From assembly GCA_951804945.1 (NCBI GenBank), contig OX638152.1:12896001-12960000 (forward strand): a stretch of 64,000 nucleotides of DNA. The letters are read 5' to 3'. The stretch is from Podarcis cretensis. Its lineage: Eukaryota. Below are positions 60,712-64,000 of the stretch, one piece after another (position 1 is the first letter of the stretch; each line of letters opens with the position of its first letter). A program made the translations under genes and the position numbers. The notes under the pieces were generated by a model. That model did no database searches. It saw only the letters and a list, made by a program, of their open reading frames with translations, and had not been told where the DNA came from.

Positions 60712-61305
60712 CTGTATTTTTTTGCTCTATAAGACACACTTTTCCCCTCCTAAAAAGTAAGGGGAAATGTGTGTGCGTCTTATGGAGCGAATGCAGGCGG
60801 GAGGCTCTGCTCAGCGCTCCCTTTAAAAAGCCACGTGGAGCGTGTATGCGGGTCTTGGGGGCTTTTCCCCGAGGAGGGAGAAGGGATGCCCTTCTCCCTC
60901 CTCGGGGAAAAGCCCCCAAGAGCCGCACACACTCTCCGCACGCTCTTTAAAGGTAGCGCGGCTCGTGGGGGAGCCTTCCTCCCGCTGCCCGGGAGTGGCT
61001 GTGCACGGCTATCCCATAAGCCAGGACAGCAAGAGGGATCACTGCGCAGCGTTCCCGCTTGCTGTTCTGGCTTCTGGCTTAGCCCCGCGCAGCCTCTTCC
61101 GGGCAGGGGGAGCCTTCGTCCCCCTGCCCGGGAGAAGCTGTGTGCAGCTATCCCATAAGCCGGGACAGCAAGAGGCTATCCCAGAAGCCAGATCCCTCTT
61201 GCTGTTCTGGCTTCTGGGATTCAGAATATTTTTTTTTCTTGTTTTCCTCCTCCAAAAACTAGGTGCGTCTTATGGTCTGGTGCGTCTTATAGAGCGAAAA
61301 ATACG

Positions 61306-61306
<1 letters not shown>
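60712..61306. mobile_element. Tc2/pogo-like non-autonomous element, long form with internal hairpins
   Basis: TIR CYGTATTTTT(t)YGCTCTATAAGAC. Both ends are shared with 28924-29183. Confidence 0.9.

Positions 61307-61308
<2 letters not shown>

Positions 61309-61346
<38 letters not shown>
61309..61346. repeat. (TA)n microsatellite
   Basis: Direct reading. Confidence 0.97.
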
Positions 61347-61351
<5 letters not shown>

Positions 61352-61855
61352 AATTATGCAGGCCAATTTCCTCTGTAGGGGCTGTCATGCCTCCAAATTT
61401 CATGCCCCGCGGGAAAAAACAGAAAATAAGAAAGTTATGCCCCGTTCTGGTTTTGCAATGCAAGTCAATGGGATTTCTGGCTATTTTTAAATTTCCCAAT
61501 CCAGATTTTGATCCAGGGCAGGCTGGAATTGGTCCAGCTTGATCCAGACCAGATCTGATCTGGATTTACAAATTGGGGCCACAAATCAAGGGTCTGTGCA
61601 TAGCCCTACTATTTACCCTGCCCTTTGACAACCAAGTGGTATACGTTACTATAAAATGGAGGTGTTGTTTTTATGTGGAAAATGTTTTGGATCTCACCTT
61701 TATCAGGACACACACACACACACACTCATAGCAATAACAAACACACACAAGCTCATAGCAATAACAAACTTAGTTGGTCTCTGAGGGGCTACTGGAAGGA
61801 TTTTTTTGTTTTTTATTTTGTTTCAACTATGGCAGCCCAACACGGCTACCTACCT

Positions 61856-61858
<3 letters not shown>

Positions 61859-61904
<46 letters not shown>
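61859..61904. repeat. (CA)n microsatellite
   Basis: Direct reading. Confidence 0.97.
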
Positions 61905-61907
<3 letters not shown>

Positions 61908-62684
61908 TCACCCTATAATCTTACTGTAATTTCTTTTCACTGTTTTTAATATTATATTTTTAAACTGTAGGAACGCACCCCTGGTGAAGGGTGGGTAGGG
62001 AATCCAATCAATCAATCAATCAATCAATCATACATTGCAATGATACTAAGGTCAGAACGAACTGTGAAGGAGGAACCCTAAACATTGTGATTGGAGCCAA
62101 AACCAATTTAACAATCACAGGAAAGAAACTGTCCAAGGAAGAAATGAATACATGTCCAGGGCATGCTATCTAAACTGAAGTTGACAGGGCGGAATGATAG
62201 AGATTGTTCAGCATGAGAAGGAGCCAGCCTCTATATTTCTGCTGAGTGTCATTTATTCCTTCTAAATTGATAACCGTAGGAATCAATTTCTGTCCAAAAG
62301 GAAAGGAGCATCATGACATCCTCATAAGAAGTTGGCAGGCAATATTCCGGCAAGCAAACATTTAACTGATAATGCCAAACCTGCTGACAAAGCTGCGATC
62401 TTCTGGGAGGCGACCCCCTAACCCTGAGCGTCTCTTATATGGCACATGCTTTTGAAGGAGCAAAATACTGATCACTCTTTGAGAAACAATAAATAAGTGT
62501 GGGACTTCCATGAGTTCCTTTGGAAAGCCATGAAGCATTCTGCTGATTGGATTAGATGGGCACCTTTTCGCTCTTCCTCTATCACTGGGCCTAAATCAAC
62601 TCTACCCACGAAAAATCAATAGCTTCCACCACCTACCGAGTTAAAGGGCAGGAGGGCTCTTGTGCATTAAATTTTTAAAAAATA

Positions 62685-63480
62685 TAGTTTAGAGAAAAGG
62701 TAAGTAAGAAAGAGACATGATAGAAGTTTATATAATTATATGTGGCATGGAGAGAATGGAAAGAGAAAAGTTTTTCTTCCTTTCATAACACTAGAACCAA
62801 TGGACACCTGGGACTTCCGGAGAGGAAAATAGCGGAGTAGACATCTCTTGTAGACTGCTCATCAACAGAGATAATTATGTGGTGATTAATGATAGACAAG
62901 CCATAAATCATAGTTATCACATTCTCTCTGGGAAGAGAGAGAGAGAACGGGGATTACTCTCTGATGCTCTGAAAACGTTGCTTTCCATGCTGGGAGATTT
63001 AGAGCAGAGGAACTTCAATCGTACCCAAACACCACATAACAGTCTGGAGGGTCAGTCCTTGGGGCATAAGGTTGGCAAAACCTCCCTTTCTTTCTTTACT
63101 TTTGAGACTATTATTTACTTCACTCCTTTTATTTTATTTTTTGCTTTTTTATTATTTAGATTGGTATTGGTTTGTTTGTTTTTTGTATTGCATGATGAAA
63201 AAGGTTCAATAAAAATTTATGAGCTTGGGGAGAACTCAAGAACACCCAATGGATCTGAAGACTGGAAGTTTCAGGACAGATGAAAGAATGTACTTCTTCA
63301 TGCCGCGTATAATTAAACTGTGGAACACCCTCCCACAGGAGGCAGCAATGGCCACCAATCTATATGGCTTGAAAAGAAGTTACCAGAATACTAGTTCAGG
63401 AGGGGAGATTGCTCTTGTGCTCAGGACCTGCTTGCCAGCTTCCCAGCTATGCTGGGAACTTAAGTGGCTAACCCTGGTTC
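62685..63480 (+). mobile_element. CR1 fragment (62685-62808 and 63230-63480) split by an insert of about 410 bp
   Basis: DMIEVYIIICGMERMEREKFF..TRT precedes the insert. HPMDLKTGSFRTDERMYFF..IIKLWNTLPQE follows it. Confidence 0.75.
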
Positions 63481-63677
63481 CCGGCAGATTTTGCTGTAGG
63501 ATTGCTCCTGTAGCCCTGTCCATTAACTTCAGTGAGTCTGCTCTGAGTAAGACTAGCACTGACCACTGTCCTATGCCTGATCTAGCAGGCTGGTTCTTGT
63601 GGGTTGAGCTATGAGAAATGGATTGAAGAACTACGCCAGATATAAGTAACAAAGCATGAAGTTTTAGAACTACTTGA

Positions 63678-64000
63678 TGTCAGGAGCTCGAGTAGGACCC
63701 TGGCAGAGACACATGCCCAACTGGCATGTTCTCTCCCTCCTGGTCTTTCGTTTGGGAGCTTCATGCTTACAACCTTTCTTCTGCCCAAACATCACAGTGA
63801 CCGATGCCAACTGACACCAGCACAGTTAGGGATCCGCAGAGTTTGTGCATCATGCGTATAAGACCTCAGCAAATCAGCATTTTGGCTAATCTACTTTATT
63901 TACATATAAACACACATGGAGCACTACAACATGGCTCCCTCTCTCTCTAGCATCAGACAGTAAAGAGAAAAAAGACAAAGGACAATAGTCCCACTTCACG
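63678..64000 (-). mobile_element. Probable LTR (Gypsy-like) running off the window end
   Basis: Begins TGTCAGGA, similar to the end of the 769-1175 LTR. AATAAA on the minus strand (tttatt at about 63895). The other terminus is not visible. Confidence 0.45.

Noticed and set aside
1-64000. General antisense orientation bias of LINEs within DLG2
   Set aside because: BovB copies are antisense, but L1, several L2 and some CR1 fragments are sense, so there is no consistent pattern.

Overview
Eukaryotic genomic DNA from a squamate, most likely a lacertid lizard. This is inferred from Podarcis-type Sauria SINEs, a Squam3-like SINE with a (CTT)n tail, and BovB LINEs. The whole window lies inside one minus-strand gene, DLG2 (PSD-93/chapsyn-110, a MAGUK synaptic scaffold). 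I read seven GT-AG coding exons directly from the sequence: 58518-58654, 55586-55730, 54078-54219, 33946-34101, 25428-25496, 21089-21245 and 11359-11461. They splice in frame (909 nt, 303 codons) and encode most of PDZ2, the PDZ2-PDZ3 linker and PDZ3. Four of the seven are absent from the supplied ORF track. Start and stop codons lie outside the window. The introns are dense with transposable elements: Sauria, Squam3-like and tRNA-derived SINEs; BovB, L2, CR1 and L1 LINE fragments; Tc1/mariner and hAT MITEs, many with intact TSDs; and a solo LTR. There are also microsatellites and two assembly gaps. Almost all short ORFs in the track are TE-derived or spurious. I found no convincing novel multi-gene system. 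The best leads concern splicing of the PDZ2-PDZ3 linker: two symmetric cassette exons, RBFOX motifs, and a candidate 15-nt microexon at 51482-51496. Other leads are unusual TE architectures: a tRNA-Lys/CR1 minimal SINE, a TTAGGG-bearing hAT MITE, a perfect 33-bp hairpin, a structured DIRS/Ngaro-like segment, and a local duplication. TE family names and comparisons to mammalian DLG2 come from recognition and memory, not from database searches. TE boundaries without TSDs are approximate.
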